A stretch of DNA of 64,000 bases from Acidobacteriota bacterium (GTDB lineage: Bacteria > Acidobacteriota > UBA890 > WLXD01), in contig CAXWPL010000005.1 in assembly GCA_963666215.2 (NCBI GenBank), positions 800,001 through 864,000 on the forward strand. The letters run 5' to 3'. Of this stretch, positions 19,438-30,931 are shown piece by piece. The notes below the pieces were generated by a model that saw nothing but the letters and a program-made list of their open reading frames with translations, was not told the DNA's origin and did not search any database. Both the position numbers and the translations under genes were made by a program. Within the stretch, counting starts at the first letter, position 1. Every line of letters begins with the position of its first letter.

Positions 19438-20048
19438 GTGACCGTCTCCCCTTCGCGCTGATTGTCGGGTACGGGCACGGAATCGGGCCCGGCGAGTCTG
19501 GCCGGCGGCTCTGCCGAGGTCCCCGACAACGCCAACACGCCCGACCTCTGGCGACCGATCCACATCGCGCCAACGAGCCCCACCAAGAGCAGCAGCGAAG
19601 CCAGCTCAACGGCGACAGCATAGCCACCGAACAGGCTCGCCCCGACGTCCTCGATCGACACGGGCGAGACCGCCGTGAGGGCTGCCTGAGCGGTGAAACG
19701 GGGGTCGGAAGACACAATTGCCGACGCCAGCGCCGCCAGCAGCACTGCCGATAGTGCGGCGGGAGCGGCCCAACCGTGAGCGCCCAGCTGCTGCATCTCT
19801 CGGCCGACGGCCTGCGGCCCGAAATTGAGGAACATGAGCGCGAACAGAAAGAGCACGACGATGGCCCCGGCATACACGATGACCTCGAGCGCGGCGATGA
19901 ACGGTGCCCCGAGCGCGAGAAAAACCAGTGCGATGGCGAACAGGCCGGTCACCAGAAAGAGCAGCGCGTGCATCGCGTTGGCGCGAGTCACAGCCGCCAA
20001 GCAGGCGATCACGGCCACGACGGCGGAAACGTAGAACAGCCCGGTCAT
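19434..20048 (-). CDS. nuoJ: NADH-quinone oxidoreductase subunit J (ATG 20048)
   Basis: LEVIVYAGAIVVLFLF, ELASLLLLVGLVGA. Confidence 0.93.
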   Translation of the reverse strand: MTGLFYVSAVVAVIACLAAVTRANAMHALLFLVTGLFAIALVFLALGAPFIAALEVIVYAGAIVVLFLFALMFLNFGPQAVGREMQQLGAHGWAAPAALSAVLLAALASAIVSSDPRFTAQAALTAVSPVSIEDVGASLFGGYAVAVELASLLLLVGLVGAMWIGRQRSGVLALSGTSAEPPARLAGPDSVPVPDNQREGETVT

Positions 20049-20137
20049 CGGTCGCGACCTCGACTCCGCTCGCCACGTCGCGAGCCCACCGATGCCATGG
20101 CGCCAGCGGCCCGCATCGCCCATCGTGCGGCAGTCAT
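20045..20137 (-). CDS. Putative 30-aa translational-coupling mini-ORF between nuoI and nuoJ
   Basis: ATGA overlap with the nuoI stop and ATGA overlap with the nuoJ start. Confidence 0.4.
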   Translation of the reverse strand: MTAARWAMRAAGAMASVGSRRGERSRGRDR

Positions 20138-20703
20138 GGCAGCAAACTCCTGGGGTCGACTGGCGACCGCTCTCCCTCCGCCTCTCCCTTCGCCTTGCCG
20201 TCGATTGCCACACCGGCGTGGCGGTAGAAGCTGTATTCGTGACGCTTGCCGACCCCGTCGATTTGCAGGTGCTCTTTCTCGTAGATGAGGTTGTTGCGGT
20301 CGTATTCCGCCATCTCGAAGTCGGGCGTGAGCTGGATCGCGTAGGTCGGACAGGCTTCTTCGCAGAAGCCACAGTAGATGCAGCGCGAGAAGTCGATCCG
20401 GAACCAGGCCGGGTAGCGCCGACCGTGCTCGTCCTCTGTCGCCTGCAGCGAAATGCAATCCACCGGGCAGGCAACCGCGCACAGGTAACACCCCACGCAG
20501 CGCTCCTCGCCGTCCGGGTCGTTGGTCAACACAATGCGGCCGCGGTAGCGCGGCGCCAACGGGATCCTCTCCTCGGGGTATTGCACCGTGATCGGACGCC
20601 GAAACTGCCGACGGAAGGTGATGTAGAGCCCGCGCAGAATACTCATGGCGCCGAACACCTGGCGGCGCAACGCGCCCGGTCTGCTACGCGGAGCACTGCC
20701 CAT
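20134..20703 (-). CDS. nuoI: NADH-quinone oxidoreductase subunit I
   Basis: [30 protein letters not shown]. Confidence 0.95.
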   Translation of the reverse strand: MGSAPRSRPGALRRQVFGAMSILRGLYITFRRQFRRPITVQYPEERIPLAPRYRGRIVLTNDPDGEERCVGCYLCAVACPVDCISLQATEDEHGRRYPAWFRIDFSRCIYCGFCEEACPTYAIQLTPDFEMAEYDRNNLIYEKEHLQIDGVGKRHEYSFYRHAGVAIDGKAKGEAEGERSPVDPRSLLP

Positions 20704-21662
20704 CAGGCCCCCGCTCGCGAGACGACGAGCGCCCCGGTCACGACAAGATTCACCAGCGCCACCGGCACCAGGACCTTCCAACCGAAGGTCATGAGATGGT
20801 CGTAGCGTGCCCGTGGCAACGTGCCGCGTACCCAGATGAAGACGTAGAGCAGAACAGCGATCTTCAGGAAGTACCACCCGAGCGACGGACCTCCCGGTCC
20901 GCTGCCCCCACCGAGAAACACGGCGGTGGCGATCGAGGCGAACAGGATCATCGCCAGGTACTCGCCCAAAAAGAAGAGCGCGAACTTCATGCTGGCGTAC
21001 TCGGTGTGGAAACCCGCCACGAGCTCGTTCTCCGCCTCGGGTAAGTCGAACGGCAGCCGCTTCGTTTCGGCGAAGCCCGCCACGAAGAAGATCAGGAAGG
21101 CGACCGGCTGCACGAGAATGAACGGCATCGCCGCCTGCGCCTCGACGATCACTCGCAGGTTCAGCGACCCGACCATCACCACGACCGACGCCAGCGACAG
21201 TCCCACCGCGAGCTCGTAGCTGATCATCTGCGCCGCCGACCTGACGGCCGAGATCAGTGCGTACTTGCTGTTGGAGCCGAGCCCGGCAAGCAGGACGCTG
21301 TACACCGACATCGACGACAGCGCCAGAAAGAACAACAGGCCAATGTTGAGGTCGACGATCGCGCCGCCGGTGCCGAAGGGCACCACGGCGAACGACAACA
21401 GCACCGACACCACCACAATCGCCGGCGCGGCAATGTACGCCACGCGATCGGCGAACGGTGGCACCCAGTCTTCCTTGGTGAGCAGCTTGATGATGTCTGC
21501 GAGGCTCTGCAAGAGGCCGAACGGCCCGACGCGATTCGGCCCTCGACGATTCTGCAGCAACGCCAGAAGACGGCGCTCGGCCCACACTAGCTGCGGGACC
21601 ACTGCCAGAAGAACCGCCGTCGTCAACAGTGTGCGCAAAACAAGCTGCCATGCGAGCTCCAC
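20703..21662 (-). CDS. nuoH: NADH-quinone oxidoreductase subunit H
   Basis: [36 protein letters not shown]. Confidence 0.96.
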   Translation of the reverse strand: MELAWQLVLRTLLTTAVLLAVVPQLVWAERRLLALLQNRRGPNRVGPFGLLQSLADIIKLLTKEDWVPPFADRVAYIAAPAIVVVSVLLSFAVVPFGTGGAIVDLNIGLLFFLALSSMSVYSVLLAGLGSNSKYALISAVRSAAQMISYELAVGLSLASVVVMVGSLNLRVIVEAQAAMPFILVQPVAFLIFFVAGFAETKRLPFDLPEAENELVAGFHTEYASMKFALFFLGEYLAMILFASIATAVFLGGGSGPGGPSLGWYFLKIAVLLYVFIWVRGTLPRARYDHLMTFGWKVLVPVALVNLVVTGALVVSRAGA

Positions 21663-24600
21663 TAGCGTTCCCCCGTTGGCGGCCGTGGGGACGTATCTCC
21701 GCCCTGCTGGGCGAGCCTCGCGGGCTTCGCAATCGGCGCAGCATTGGTCGGGAGCACACGCGTCGCTTCAGCCGACTCCGCCGGGCCCAGCCGCACGCGC
21801 ACACGCCGCGGCTGCTGCCACCAACGCGTTTCGTCGAAGCCGGCCGGTATCAGCAGGGTGCCTGGAGGCACCTTCGCGTCGACGTCGATGCGCAGCCGGG
21901 CGCGGCCAACCCAGCGATCGCGGTAGAACGACACGTCACGCCTTTCATCCTGCTGCACTCCGAGCTCACGCGCCTGCAGCGGATGCAGCCGAAGCGCCGG
22001 CTCTGGTGTCACCGCCGAGACCGGGGCGGCCCTGCTGGACATGGGCTCCGAACCGAAGATCTCGGCCATCCCGCACAGCAGCAGTGCGCGCTGCGTCGGT
22101 GCCGCATCCTCTCCTTCGGCCGCATCACCGGCGCCCGACGACCCCGGCGAGGATGGGCCCTGCTCACTGCTCCAGCTCGGCACGACATGGTGCGCCAGCC
22201 GGACTTGCTCAACAGATGCTTCGGGCCACACCTCGGCGCCCGCCGCAGCGATGTCGTGCTCCGCGTGGTCCTCATCCTTGAGATAGATCTGCCGGTCATG
22301 CATGGGATAGCCCGAAGCTGCGAGCGGCACGTCGGGCCACGCCTGGTCGCCGGGCTCGAGAAGCCGGGCTCCGGGATCACCACCGTGCAGCGGCCCACCC
22401 ACCTCGATCTGAAACTGATTGATCGCCTCGTTGGAGTTCCACCCAGGGGCCCAGAAGCGCGGCACCAGCGCCGGCGGGGAGGGGGATCCGTACCCTTCCA
22501 TTGTGAAGCCGAGCGGCGATTCGGTGTCGTCGTCGGGGCGCGGCGGGTGGCGGGCTTCGACCACGTCGGGACGCGCGCTGCGCCCGGAGTAACGGCTCGT
22601 TTGCCGCGGCACACGCTGTTCCGCGGCACGGTATCCGGGAGGTGGCGCGATGCCGCGCGCCGGGGCGAAGTGCGGCTGCGAGGCGATGAGATCTTCGAGC
22701 ACGTCTTCCACCGTGCGCCACGCCGTGGCGCCGCTCTGCGGGCGGACGGCCACCAACAGGTCGCGAACGATCGCCCAGTCGTCATCGATACCCGGCTCCG
22801 GCACCTGTACCTGGTAGTACCGCTGAGCCCGACCTTCGGAGCTCACGAAGGTGCCATTCGCCTCGAGCGCGGGCGCCATGGGCAGGACCACGTCGGCGGC
22901 CGCCACCATCTCTCCGCCAACGCTGTCGATCACGATGAGCGACTCGAGCTTGCCCAGTGCCGCCCGCAGCCGATCCACATCCTCGACCCGGCGGTAGAGA
23001 TCGTTGCCGACAACAACCAGGCAGGTGACGCGGCCCTCCTCGATGTCGACGAGCAGATTGCCCAGCGGTGGCCCGAACGGAACGGCAACGTCATCAACAA
23101 TCGTCTGCTCGAGCATGACCACGCCAACGCTGTTGGGCTCGGGAACAGCCAACATGTACCAGGGCAGCTCCGGTGTCTCGTTGCCCCTCTGCGAATCGTC
23201 CTGGGCTTGCTGAGAATCCTCCGCGTTGGCTCGACGGGCGCGATTCAACGCTCGCATCATGCGGAGTACGCCGCTCTGTAGTGAGCGGAATCGGCACTGC
23301 GTCCCCACAATCACCAGCGGCTGTCGCGCCTGGAGCAACTTGTCGGCGATCGAGAGCACGCGCCTGCCGCGCTCTTCGGGCAACTGATCGAGGAAAGCGC
23401 GCGGATCACGCCGCGGACGCCGCTGGATCCGCCCTTCGAGCACCTCGGCGATCGCCACACAGCCGGCAGTCAGGCTCGGCAGGTCGAGAATCGGCGCAAG
23501 GTTCGCGAAGCGCGTCAACCGTCCCGGGCGAATGTCGGCGTACGCCAGCTCGGCGCCCGCACGACAGGCTTGAACGATCTCGAGGTCGACGAGCGGAGCC
23601 TCATGGGTGGGATTGCAGCCGATCACGAGGATGAAGTCGGCCTCCTTGACCTCCTGCAGCGCCGGAACGCGTATCGAGGTGCCGCGCCAGGCACGCACCG
23701 CGCGGTGCACCATGCGCAACTCGACATCGTTCATCCCCGAGCAGAAACGATCCTCGCCCGCCAGCCGGCGCAGCGCGTGGTTCGCCTCGAGGCTGATCGA
23801 CGGCGATCCGACGGCGGCCAACGTGCCGCGGCGAGCAGCGTCGCCGATCGCCCTTGTGGCCCGCCGCAGCGCGCTCTGCCGAGCTGCTCGAATGCCTTCG
23901 AGATCGGTCGCCATCGGCCGGCAACCCAGCCGCTCGGCGCTGGTCGCAGACGCATTCCCACGGCCCGCATCCTTACCGACGCCGTTCGAGCCTGGCGCGG
24001 GCAACTCGTCGGCGCTCTCCCATCGAATACGGTCGGGGGCATTGACGTGCTCGAAACCGAAACGGCCTCGATCGCACAGCCAATACCCGTTGACCCTGGC
24101 GTTGTATCGCGCCGTGACGCGTCGGAAGACACCGTTGCTCGTAGCCGGGAGCGTATTGCAGCCGAGCCCGCAGTGGTTGCAAATCGACGGCGCGCTCTGC
24201 AGGTCCCACTTGCGTGCGTAGCGCGCTCGATATGCCTTGTCGGTAAAAACACCCGTCGGGCAAACCTCCACGAGGTTACCGGCGAAGGGCAGCTCGAGCG
24301 TGCCTTCCTCGAAGCGCCCGAAGTACACGCGGTTGCGCGATGCGAGCTCGCCAAAGTCGTCGCCACCTGCATGATCGTTGTAGAAGCGCACGCAGCGGTA
24401 GCAGTGGATGCATCGGTTCATCTCGTGATGAATCAGCGGACCCAGATCCTGGTTCTCGAAGGTCCTCTTGCTGCCGCGATAGCGACGATGCCCGTGCCCG
24501 GTCATCACCGTCATGTCCTGCAGATGGCACTCGCCGCCCTCGTCACACACCGGGCAATCGTGCGGATGATTGGTCATCAACCACTCGACCACGGAGGCCC

Positions 24601-24934
24601 GCAACTCGGACGCTTCGCGATCTTTGATCGAGATCCGCATGCCGTCGGCGGCCGGCGTCATGCACGACATCACCACCCGGCCGCTCGCGTCGTCGTCGTC
24701 CTTGTACTGCTTCACCGCACACAGCCGACACGAACCCACCGCCCCCAGACCAGGGTGGTAGCAAAAGTAGGGCAGGTTCAAGCGGTGATCGAGCGCGACC
24801 TCGAGCACGTTGCGCCCCGGGCGGGTGCGGTAGTCGACGCCGTCAATCCGGACCCGGATCCCAGGCTCTGGCGTGCCCTCAGCGGCATTCGTCTGCGCCA
24901 CACCAGCCCCTTCCGCGCCGTCTGCCGGGCTCAC
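21662..24934 (-). CDS. nuoG: NADH-quinone oxidoreductase subunit G (long E. coli-type with N7 cluster motif)
   Basis: [57 protein letters not shown]. Confidence 0.95.
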   Translation of the reverse strand: MSPADGAEGAGVAQTNAAEGTPEPGIRVRIDGVDYRTRPGRNVLEVALDHRLNLPYFCYHPGLGAVGSCRLCAVKQYKDDDDASGRVVMSCMTPAADGMRISIKDREASELRASVVEWLMTNHPHDCPVCDEGGECHLQDMTVMTGHGHRRYRGSKRTFENQDLGPLIHHEMNRCIHCYRCVRFYNDHAGGDDFGELASRNRVYFGRFEEGTLELPFAGNLVEVCPTGVFTDKAYRARYARKWDLQSAPSICNHCGLGCNTLPATSNGVFRRVTARYNARVNGYWLCDRGRFGFEHVNAPDRIRWESADELPAPGSNGVGKDAGRGNASATSAERLGCRPMATDLEGIRAARQSALRRATRAIGDAARRGTLAAVGSPSISLEANHALRRLAGEDRFCSGMNDVELRMVHRAVRAWRGTSIRVPALQEVKEADFILVIGCNPTHEAPLVDLEIVQACRAGAELAYADIRPGRLTRFANLAPILDLPSLTAGCVAIAEVLEGRIQRRPRRDPRAFLDQLPEERGRRVLSIADKLLQARQPLVIVGTQCRFRSLQSGVLRMMRALNRARRANAEDSQQAQDDSQRGNETPELPWYMLAVPEPNSVGVVMLEQTIVDDVAVPFGPPLGNLLVDIEEGRVTCLVVVGNDLYRRVEDVDRLRAALGKLESLIVIDSVGGEMVAAADVVLPMAPALEANGTFVSSEGRAQRYYQVQVPEPGIDDDWAIVRDLLVAVRPQSGATAWRTVEDVLEDLIASQPHFAPARGIAPPPGYRAAEQRVPRQTSRYSGRSARPDVVEARHPPRPDDDTESPLGFTMEGYGSPSPPALVPRFWAPGWNSNEAINQFQIEVGGPLHGGDPGARLLEPGDQAWPDVPLAASGYPMHDRQIYLKDEDHAEHDIAAAGAEVWPEASVEQVRLAHHVVPSWSSEQGPSSPGSSGAGDAAEGEDAAPTQRALLLCGMAEIFGSEPMSSRAAPVSAVTPEPALRLHPLQARELGVQQDERRDVSFYRDRWVGRARLRIDVDAKVPPGTLLIPAGFDETRWWQQPRRVRVRLGPAESAEATRVLPTNAAPIAKPARLAQQGGDTSPRPPTGER

Positions 24935-26256
24935 GCCGCGCCCCCGATCGCCGGCAATGCGGGGGGCTCGAACGGACAGCCACCTCGATGGACGTGCTCG
25001 TCGAGCTCATGGCGAAATTTCTCGATGACCGACCGCACCGGCCCTTCCGCGCCGAGCGCCAGGGCGCAGAAGGAGTTCGGCGCAATCAGCGCCATCTCCT
25101 TGGACAGCAGCTCGACGTCGCCGGCCTTTCCCCTGCCCTCCTCGATGTCGCGCAACAGATCCTCGACCCAGGGCAGCCCGTCACGGCACGGCGTGCACCA
25201 ACCGCACGACTCCTGTGCGAAGAAGTGCTCGAGATTGAGGGTGGCGCCGACGAGACATGTGCGGTTGTCGAAAACCATCACGCCGGCGGTTCCGAGACGG
25301 TTGTCGGCCTCGGCAAGCGAGGTGAAGTCGAGCGGCAGGTCGAACTCGTCGGGGCGCATGTACATCGTCGAAGCGCCCCCCGGAATCGTTGCTTTGGCCT
25401 CGAGGCCGTCCTGCATCCCACCGCAGTGCTCTTCGATGAGCTCGCGCGTGGTCACGCCGATCGGCAGCTCGTACGTGCCGGGGCGACGCACCTTGCCGCT
25501 AACACCATAGAGCTTGGTTCCGGCATCACGACCCGCGCCGAGGTCGTTGAACCACTCTGCACCGTTCGCCAGGATGTGCGGCACGCAAGCCAACGTTTCG
25601 ATGTTCTGAATCAGCGTCGGGCGATCCCACAGCCCCTGTAGAGCGGGAAACGGCGGTCGGAACCGTGGGTTGGGGCGACGTCCTTCCAGGCTGTTGAGCA
25701 GCGCGGTCTCTTCGCCGCAAATGTAGCGCCCGGCGCTCGTGTGCACGTGCAGCTGAAAGGAAAATCCGCTGCCCAGAATGTTGTCGCCAAGCAAGCCCTT
25801 GGCCTTGGCCTCGACGATCGCTCGCTGCAACCGGTTGGCACCCTCCTGATAGGCCCAACGAACAAAGATGTAGCCCGCGTTGGCGTCGATGGCGTGCGCG
25901 GCGATGATCATTCCCTCGATCACCTGGTGTGGGTCGCCCCAGATCAGCAGCCGGTCCTTGAAGGTGCCTGGCTCCATCTCGTCACAGTTGGCCACGACGT
26001 ACTTCGGTTTCAGCGAGCCTCTCCCAGGGTCTATGCCAGGCTCTTCGAGCGGTACAAAGCCCCACTTCACGCCGGTCGGGAATCCAGCGCCGCCACGACC
26101 GCGTAGGTTGGAGTCTTTGACGACCTGCTGGACCTCGGGCGGCGACATCTTCAGCGCCGCCCGCAGACCTTCGTAGCCGCCGGCGGCGGTGTAGTCGCTC
26201 AGCGATCGCGCCGGACTTCCTCGTACAATCCCTGCGGTGAGCGGCGTCTCAGACAT
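24931..26256 (-). CDS. nuoF: NADH-quinone oxidoreductase subunit F (ATG 26256)
   Basis: LRGRGGAGFPTG, DEMEPGTFKD, YICGEETAL, ESCGWCTPCRDG. Confidence 0.96.
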   Translation of the reverse strand: MSETPLTAGIVRGSPARSLSDYTAAGGYEGLRAALKMSPPEVQQVVKDSNLRGRGGAGFPTGVKWGFVPLEEPGIDPGRGSLKPKYVVANCDEMEPGTFKDRLLIWGDPHQVIEGMIIAAHAIDANAGYIFVRWAYQEGANRLQRAIVEAKAKGLLGDNILGSGFSFQLHVHTSAGRYICGEETALLNSLEGRRPNPRFRPPFPALQGLWDRPTLIQNIETLACVPHILANGAEWFNDLGAGRDAGTKLYGVSGKVRRPGTYELPIGVTTRELIEEHCGGMQDGLEAKATIPGGASTMYMRPDEFDLPLDFTSLAEADNRLGTAGVMVFDNRTCLVGATLNLEHFFAQESCGWCTPCRDGLPWVEDLLRDIEEGRGKAGDVELLSKEMALIAPNSFCALALGAEGPVRSVIEKFRHELDEHVHRGGCPFEPPALPAIGGAA

Positions 26257-26740
26257 CCTCCGTGGCGCCTCCGTCGCGGGCCGCTCCCAGCAGCACACGA
26301 TCGACCTTGTCTGGCGTCAAATCGCCGTGCAGCTTCTGGCCGACCATCATCACAGGCGCGTGATCACAGTCGCCGAGACAAACCATTGGTAGCAGCGTGA
26401 ATCGGTTGTCGGGCGTAGTCTCGCCGAAGCCGATTCCGAGTCGACCTTTCAGGTGGTCGCGAATGTGACCGTAGCCGCACATCCAGCACGAGACGGAGTC
26501 GCACAGCAGGATGACCCGATCGCCTACCGGCTTGCGGAACAGCAGGTTGTAGAAGGTGGCAAGCCCCTCGAGGTCGATCAGCGGCAGCTGGAGGTAGTCG
26601 GCAACGTCGCGCATCGACTCGTCGCTCAAATAGCCGCGGCCTGCCTGCAGGAACTTCATGACCGTCACCGAGGCAGCGCGCGCGGTCTGGTAGTGCGTGC
26701 GCAACTCGTCGAGCTCGGTGCGTTCCTGGTCGCTCAGCAT
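26249..26740 (-). CDS. nuoE: NADH-quinone oxidoreductase subunit E
   Basis: ATFY, CDSVSC, CLGDCDHAP. Confidence 0.95.
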   Translation of the reverse strand: MLSDQERTELDELRTHYQTARAASVTVMKFLQAGRGYLSDESMRDVADYLQLPLIDLEGLATFYNLLFRKPVGDRVILLCDSVSCWMCGYGHIRDHLKGRLGIGFGETTPDNRFTLLPMVCLGDCDHAPVMMVGQKLHGDLTPDKVDRVLLGAARDGGATEDV

Positions 26741-26782
26741 TTCTCTGAGTTGCTCACGTCAAGAGCCTTCACGGTGCTCATC

Positions 26783-28822
26783 TCAGCGATCGATATCGGC
26801 AAGCACGTAGTCGAGGCTGCCGAGAATCGCCAACAGGTCGGCGATTTGATGTCCGTTGGCCATCAGCGGCAGCGTCTGCATGTGGGCAAACGAGGGGCTC
26901 CGAATCCGCAGGCGGTACGGGTGAATGCCGCCGTCGGCGACGACGTAGTAGCCGGCGTTGCCCTTCGGCGCCTCGATGTCGGAGAGCGCCTCGCCGGCCG
27001 GCATCGGAAAGCCCCAGGACACCCCCACGAAGTGCTGGATCAGGGTCTCGATGTTGGTCATCGTCTCGGCCTTGTTCGGCACATTGACGCCGGGGTCGCT
27101 CGAGATGTACTCGCCAGCCGGCATGTTGGCGGCGGCCTGCTCGACAATCCGTAGGCTCTGCCGCATCTCTTCGACACGCACCGCGCAGCGCGCGTAGCAG
27201 TCGCCTTCGTCGACCGTGGGGACGTCGAACTCGAAGTTCTCGTAGCCGGAGTACGGGCGAGATTTGCGCAGATCCCAGTCGAGACCGCAGCTGCGCAGGT
27301 TGGGACCGGTAACGCCCCACTCGATCGCCTCATCGAGCGTCATCGCGCCGATCCCCTGCGTGCGCGCCTTGAAGATCGCGTTCTGCATCAGTAGTTGGTC
27401 GAGCTCGTCGATCTTACTGGCGAACCCCTTGGTGAAAGCGCCGACCAGCCCTGCCCAGCCGACCGGCAGGTCGGCGGCAACCCCGCCGATGCGGAGCCAG
27501 CCCGGATGCATACGGCCGCCGGTGATCGCCTCGACGACGTCGAAGATCTTTTCGCGCTCGGCGAAGGTGTAGAAGACAGGTGTCATGGCGCCGACGTCGT
27601 GGCCGAGGGTACCGAACCATACGAGGTGCGACGCGAGCCGGAACAGCTCGCAGAGAAGAACCCGAACCACCTGGGCGCGCTCCGGCACCGTAACGCTGGC
27701 GAGCCGCTCAACCGCCAGCAGGTACGCCAGGTTGTTCTGCACGCCGGCCAGGTAGTCGATGCGATCGGTGTACGGAATGTAGGTGTGGTAGGTCTGGCGC
27801 TCCGCCATCTTCTCGGCGCCGCGATGGTGAAAACCGATATCCGGGATGACGTTGACCACCTCCTCGCCGCGCAGCTGCAGAATCAGGCGCAGCAGGCCGT
27901 GGGTGCCGGGGTGGTTCGGCCCCAAGTTGAGATAAAGGTAGTCGTCGTCCTCCGCCCCATCGTGGCCGAACGCGGCCGCAGCCTCGGCGTTGGAAGCGCC
28001 AAGCGAATCGCCGGCGTCGAGCCCCCAGTCGGTTCCCTGCCACTCCTCGGGGCGGAACCGCATCGCCTCTTCGTGTGCCGCGCGCTTGCCCTCGGGCAAC
28101 CGGTAGGGCTCCATTTCCGTGGCGCGAGCCGGGTGCTCCTTGCGTAGCGGATGCCCGTCCCAGTCGGGAGGCATGAGGATGCGGTAAAGGCCAGGGTGAC
28201 CGTCGAAGCGCACGCCGAACATGTCGTAGACCTCGCGCTCGTACCAGTTCGCCGCTGGCCACAAACCCGTGGCGCTCGGGGCCGACGGATAGTCGTCGAC
28301 CAGCGCCACCTTGAGTCGAACGTCGGCGTTTCGCTCGTAGGAACGCAGGTGGTAGACGAGCGTGAAGTCCGCGGCCTGAGGTGCATAGCCGTTGTCGCTG
28401 ACCGGTGCGGCGAGCGAGGCGCGAAACTCCTCGAGCGTCGGCACCGAGCCGCGATCATTCGCGACCGGGCGCGTTGTGTCTCCCCCGCCGTTCGCCTGAG
28501 TACCCTGATCGACCGTGGCATCGCCGTCGTGTTGCAGCCGCGGAAGCCCGCCGCGCGCCGCCAGGCCTCGGGAGCGCTCGTCTACCGCTGTCAGGTCGTA
28601 GAGGGTACGGAAGGGCCGCTCCAACCCGGCCCTGAGCGTCTCGAGAGCACCCACGATGTGGTCACCGCGTACCCAGGCGGTGGGGATCCCGTCAGCGCTC
28701 GCGTGGCTCTCCAGCGTAAGGGCCCCCGGTGGCAGTCGAGCACCAAGCTCGCTGAGCACGCTGCCGACGGCCCCCTTCTCGTCACGAGATTCGCCATGAG
28801 ATCCACCATGAGACTCGGCCAT
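26783..28822 (-). CDS. nuoCD: Fused NADH-quinone oxidoreductase subunit C/D
   Basis: [11 protein letters not shown] and GHPLRK (C part), then [32 protein letters not shown] (D part). Confidence 0.95.
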   Translation of the reverse strand: MAESHGGSHGESRDEKGAVGSVLSELGARLPPGALTLESHASADGIPTAWVRGDHIVGALETLRAGLERPFRTLYDLTAVDERSRGLAARGGLPRLQHDGDATVDQGTQANGGGDTTRPVANDRGSVPTLEEFRASLAAPVSDNGYAPQAADFTLVYHLRSYERNADVRLKVALVDDYPSAPSATGLWPAANWYEREVYDMFGVRFDGHPGLYRILMPPDWDGHPLRKEHPARATEMEPYRLPEGKRAAHEEAMRFRPEEWQGTDWGLDAGDSLGASNAEAAAAFGHDGAEDDDYLYLNLGPNHPGTHGLLRLILQLRGEEVVNVIPDIGFHHRGAEKMAERQTYHTYIPYTDRIDYLAGVQNNLAYLLAVERLASVTVPERAQVVRVLLCELFRLASHLVWFGTLGHDVGAMTPVFYTFAEREKIFDVVEAITGGRMHPGWLRIGGVAADLPVGWAGLVGAFTKGFASKIDELDQLLMQNAIFKARTQGIGAMTLDEAIEWGVTGPNLRSCGLDWDLRKSRPYSGYENFEFDVPTVDEGDCYARCAVRVEEMRQSLRIVEQAAANMPAGEYISSDPGVNVPNKAETMTNIETLIQHFVGVSWGFPMPAGEALSDIEAPKGNAGYYVVADGGIHPYRLRIRSPSFAHMQTLPLMANGHQIADLLAILGSLDYVLADIDR

Positions 28823-28824
28823 TG

Positions 28825-29553
28825 TCAGCGCGCCAAGCTCGGCGGCCGGAGCGTGGTGACCCGCCGTCGCTCTTCTGCTTTTAGGTCGCGTTGAACCGGC
28901 ATTTCGACGCGCTCGAAGCCCTCCTCGCCGAGCACCCAGGAGAGCGGGCGCTTCTCGACGCCAATGCGATCGCGCAGCAGGAGCAGTCCCTGAAGAAAAG
29001 CGTCGGGGCGCGGCGGACAGCCCGGCACGTACACGTCAACAGGCAGGATCGAGTCGATCCCTTGCACCACGCTGTAAATGTCGTACATACCTCCGGAGTT
29101 GGCGCAGGATCCCATCGAGATCACCCAGCGCGGCTCCATCATCTGGTCGTACAGCCGCGCGATCACCGGCGCTACCTTCTTGAAGACCGTCCCGGCGATA
29201 ACGATGACATCGGCTTCGCGTGGCGTGCCTCGCAGCACCTCGGCGCCGAAGCGCGAGACGTCGTAGCGCGACGTGTAGGAGGTCATCATTTCCACATAGC
29301 AGCACGAGAGGCCGAAATTGAACGGCCAAATCGAGTTCTTGCGGCCCCAGGCCACGAGATCGTCGAGACGAGTCAACGCGATCATGCGCCCGAGCGAATC
29401 GGCGAGGCTGCCCCGAGCACCGCGCTCCGCCGCTGCGGTCAACGTCGGCGCCCGATCGCGCGCCACGATCCGCTGGAGCTCTTCACGAGGAGTGGCCTCG
29501 GGTGGCCGACGTTGCGCTGGCCGTGTGGCATCGGGCTCGTCGGCGTAACTCAC
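28825..29553 (-). CDS. nuoB: NADH-quinone oxidoreductase subunit B (GTG 29553)
   Basis: [30 protein letters not shown]. Confidence 0.96.
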   Translation of the reverse strand: MSYADEPDATRPAQRRPPEATPREELQRIVARDRAPTLTAAAERGARGSLADSLGRMIALTRLDDLVAWGRKNSIWPFNFGLSCCYVEMMTSYTSRYDVSRFGAEVLRGTPREADVIVIAGTVFKKVAPVIARLYDQMMEPRWVISMGSCANSGGMYDIYSVVQGIDSILPVDVYVPGCPPRPDAFLQGLLLLRDRIGVEKRPLSWVLGEEGFERVEMPVQRDLKAEERRRVTTLRPPSLAR

Positions 29554-30023
29554 GTTCCCCTCCCGGCACCCGGCATTGATCCAGTGGTCGGAAGCGATTC
29601 TCTGGCGGCTCGCGACGCGAGAGACGGCGAGGAGACGCCCCAATTGAGCGCGCCCTTCCACCACACATAGAGCAGTCCGGCGAACAGCAGGGCGATGAAG
29701 AACGAAACCTCGGCAAGCCCCGCCCAGCCGAGGCGCCGCGCCGCAACCGCCCAGCCAAACAGGTATGCCACCTCGAGATCGAACACCAGGAAGGCGATCG
29801 CGACCATGTAGAAGCGAATCGGAAAGGCGACGTTGACGTCCCCGGTCGGCGCCATGCCCGACTCGTAAGGCAGGTCCTTGCGGCGAGAATGATGGCGCGG
29901 GCCAACGAAATGGGTGGCCACGAGGGCCACCGCAACAATCGCGACGACCACGACTGCATGCAGGCCCAGCGGCCACAACGCGACTGACGCGTCGGGGTTG
30001 TTGGCCAGAGCGGCGCCCGGCAT
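29550..30023 (-). CDS. nuoA: NADH-quinone oxidoreductase subunit A (start 30023 or 30125, uncertain)
   Basis: [26 protein letters not shown]. Confidence 0.92.
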   Translation of the reverse strand: MPGAALANNPDASVALWPLGLHAVVVVAIVAVALVATHFVGPRHHSRRKDLPYESGMAPTGDVNVAFPIRFYMVAIAFLVFDLEVAYLFGWAVAARRLGWAGLAEVSFFIALLFAGLLYVWWKGALNWGVSSPSLASRAARESLPTTGSMPGAGRGT

Positions 30024-30044
30024 CGCTTGCGACAAGCCGGACGG

Positions 30045-30117
30045 GACCGCAGACACCGCAGAGACCGCGGAGACCGCGGAGACCGCAATGACTGCAGTGA
30101 CTGCAGTGACTGCGGGG
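30045..30117. repeat. 9-bp tandem repeat (GACYGCRGW-like x8) in the nuoA 5' region
   Basis: gaccgcaga caccgcaga gaccgcgga gaccgcgga gaccgcaat gactgcagt gactgcagt gactgcggg. Confidence 0.75.
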
Positions 30118-30128
30118 ATCGCCATAGA

Positions 30129-30146
30129 TTGTGAAATTTTTCTCAA
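30129..30146. promoter_or_regulatory. Rex-type operator upstream of the nuo operon
   Basis: TTGTGAA-ATTT-TTCTCAA, one mismatch to the Rex consensus TTGTGAA-N4-TTCACAA; AT-rich island in GC-rich DNA. Confidence 0.7.
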
Positions 30147-30334
30147 ACTCATCGCCACGACGACCCGGTCGAGAATCCTGGAAGAGTGGCCCACTATGCT
30201 ACTCAGCCCGATGGTCGTCAAACTGTCGGTCCGCCGACGTTCGGCCGTGAGCGACGCGCCCGCCCTGCTACGATCATGGCCACGCACACGATAGCGACAG
30301 AAGCTCGGTGGAACACGAGAAAGGGAGCAGTACC

Positions 30335-30901
30335 TTGGGCATTCCTGCCACCCAAATCCGCAAAGGCATGGTCCTCGAAGTGGACGGAGGCCTGTTCAAG
30401 GTACACAGCTTCACCCATGTCACTCCTGGAAAGGGCCAGGCGGTGATGCAGACCCGACTGCGCAATCTACGCAGCGGCGCGCTCATCGAGCGACGCTTCC
30501 GCTCGGCCGAAACGGTTGAGACCGCTCACATCGACAACCGCGAGATGCAGTACCTCTACAAGGATGGCGAGCTGTACACGTTCATGGACACGGAAACGTA
30601 CGAGCAAACGCAGCTCGACGCGACCATGCTCGAGGATGGGCTTCCCTACCTCCTCCCCAACCTCGAGCTGCGCGTGTCGTTCGTCAATGACGAGCCCATC
30701 GGCGTGGAGCTGCCGGGCACCGTCGACCTCGAGGTCGTCGGAACCGAGCCAGGGCTCAAGGGAGCCACTGCCAGCGCCACCACCAAACCGGCGACGCTGG
30801 AAACCGGCCTGGTGGTGCAGGTGCCGCCGTTCGTCAACCAAGGCGAGAAGATACGCATCGACACCTCGACCGGCGCTTATCTGACTCGCGCGAACAGCTA
30901 G
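30335..30901 (+). CDS. efp: Elongation factor P
   Basis: HVTPGKG, QYLYKDG, KPATLETG, VPPFV; TTG start after GGGAG. Confidence 0.96.
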   Translation: MGIPATQIRKGMVLEVDGGLFKVHSFTHVTPGKGQAVMQTRLRNLRSGALIERRFRSAETVETAHIDNREMQYLYKDGELYTFMDTETYEQTQLDATMLEDGLPYLLPNLELRVSFVNDEPIGVELPGTVDLEVVGTEPGLKGATASATTKPATLETGLVVQVPPFVNQGEKIRIDTSTGAYLTRANS

Positions 30902-30931
30902 CGCCGAGCTGCGGCCGGTAGCAGGCTTTCT

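Noticed and set aside
23570-25510. Long plus-strand ORFs antisense to nuoG/nuoF (also 21629-23281)
   Set aside because: Antisense shadows of conserved genes
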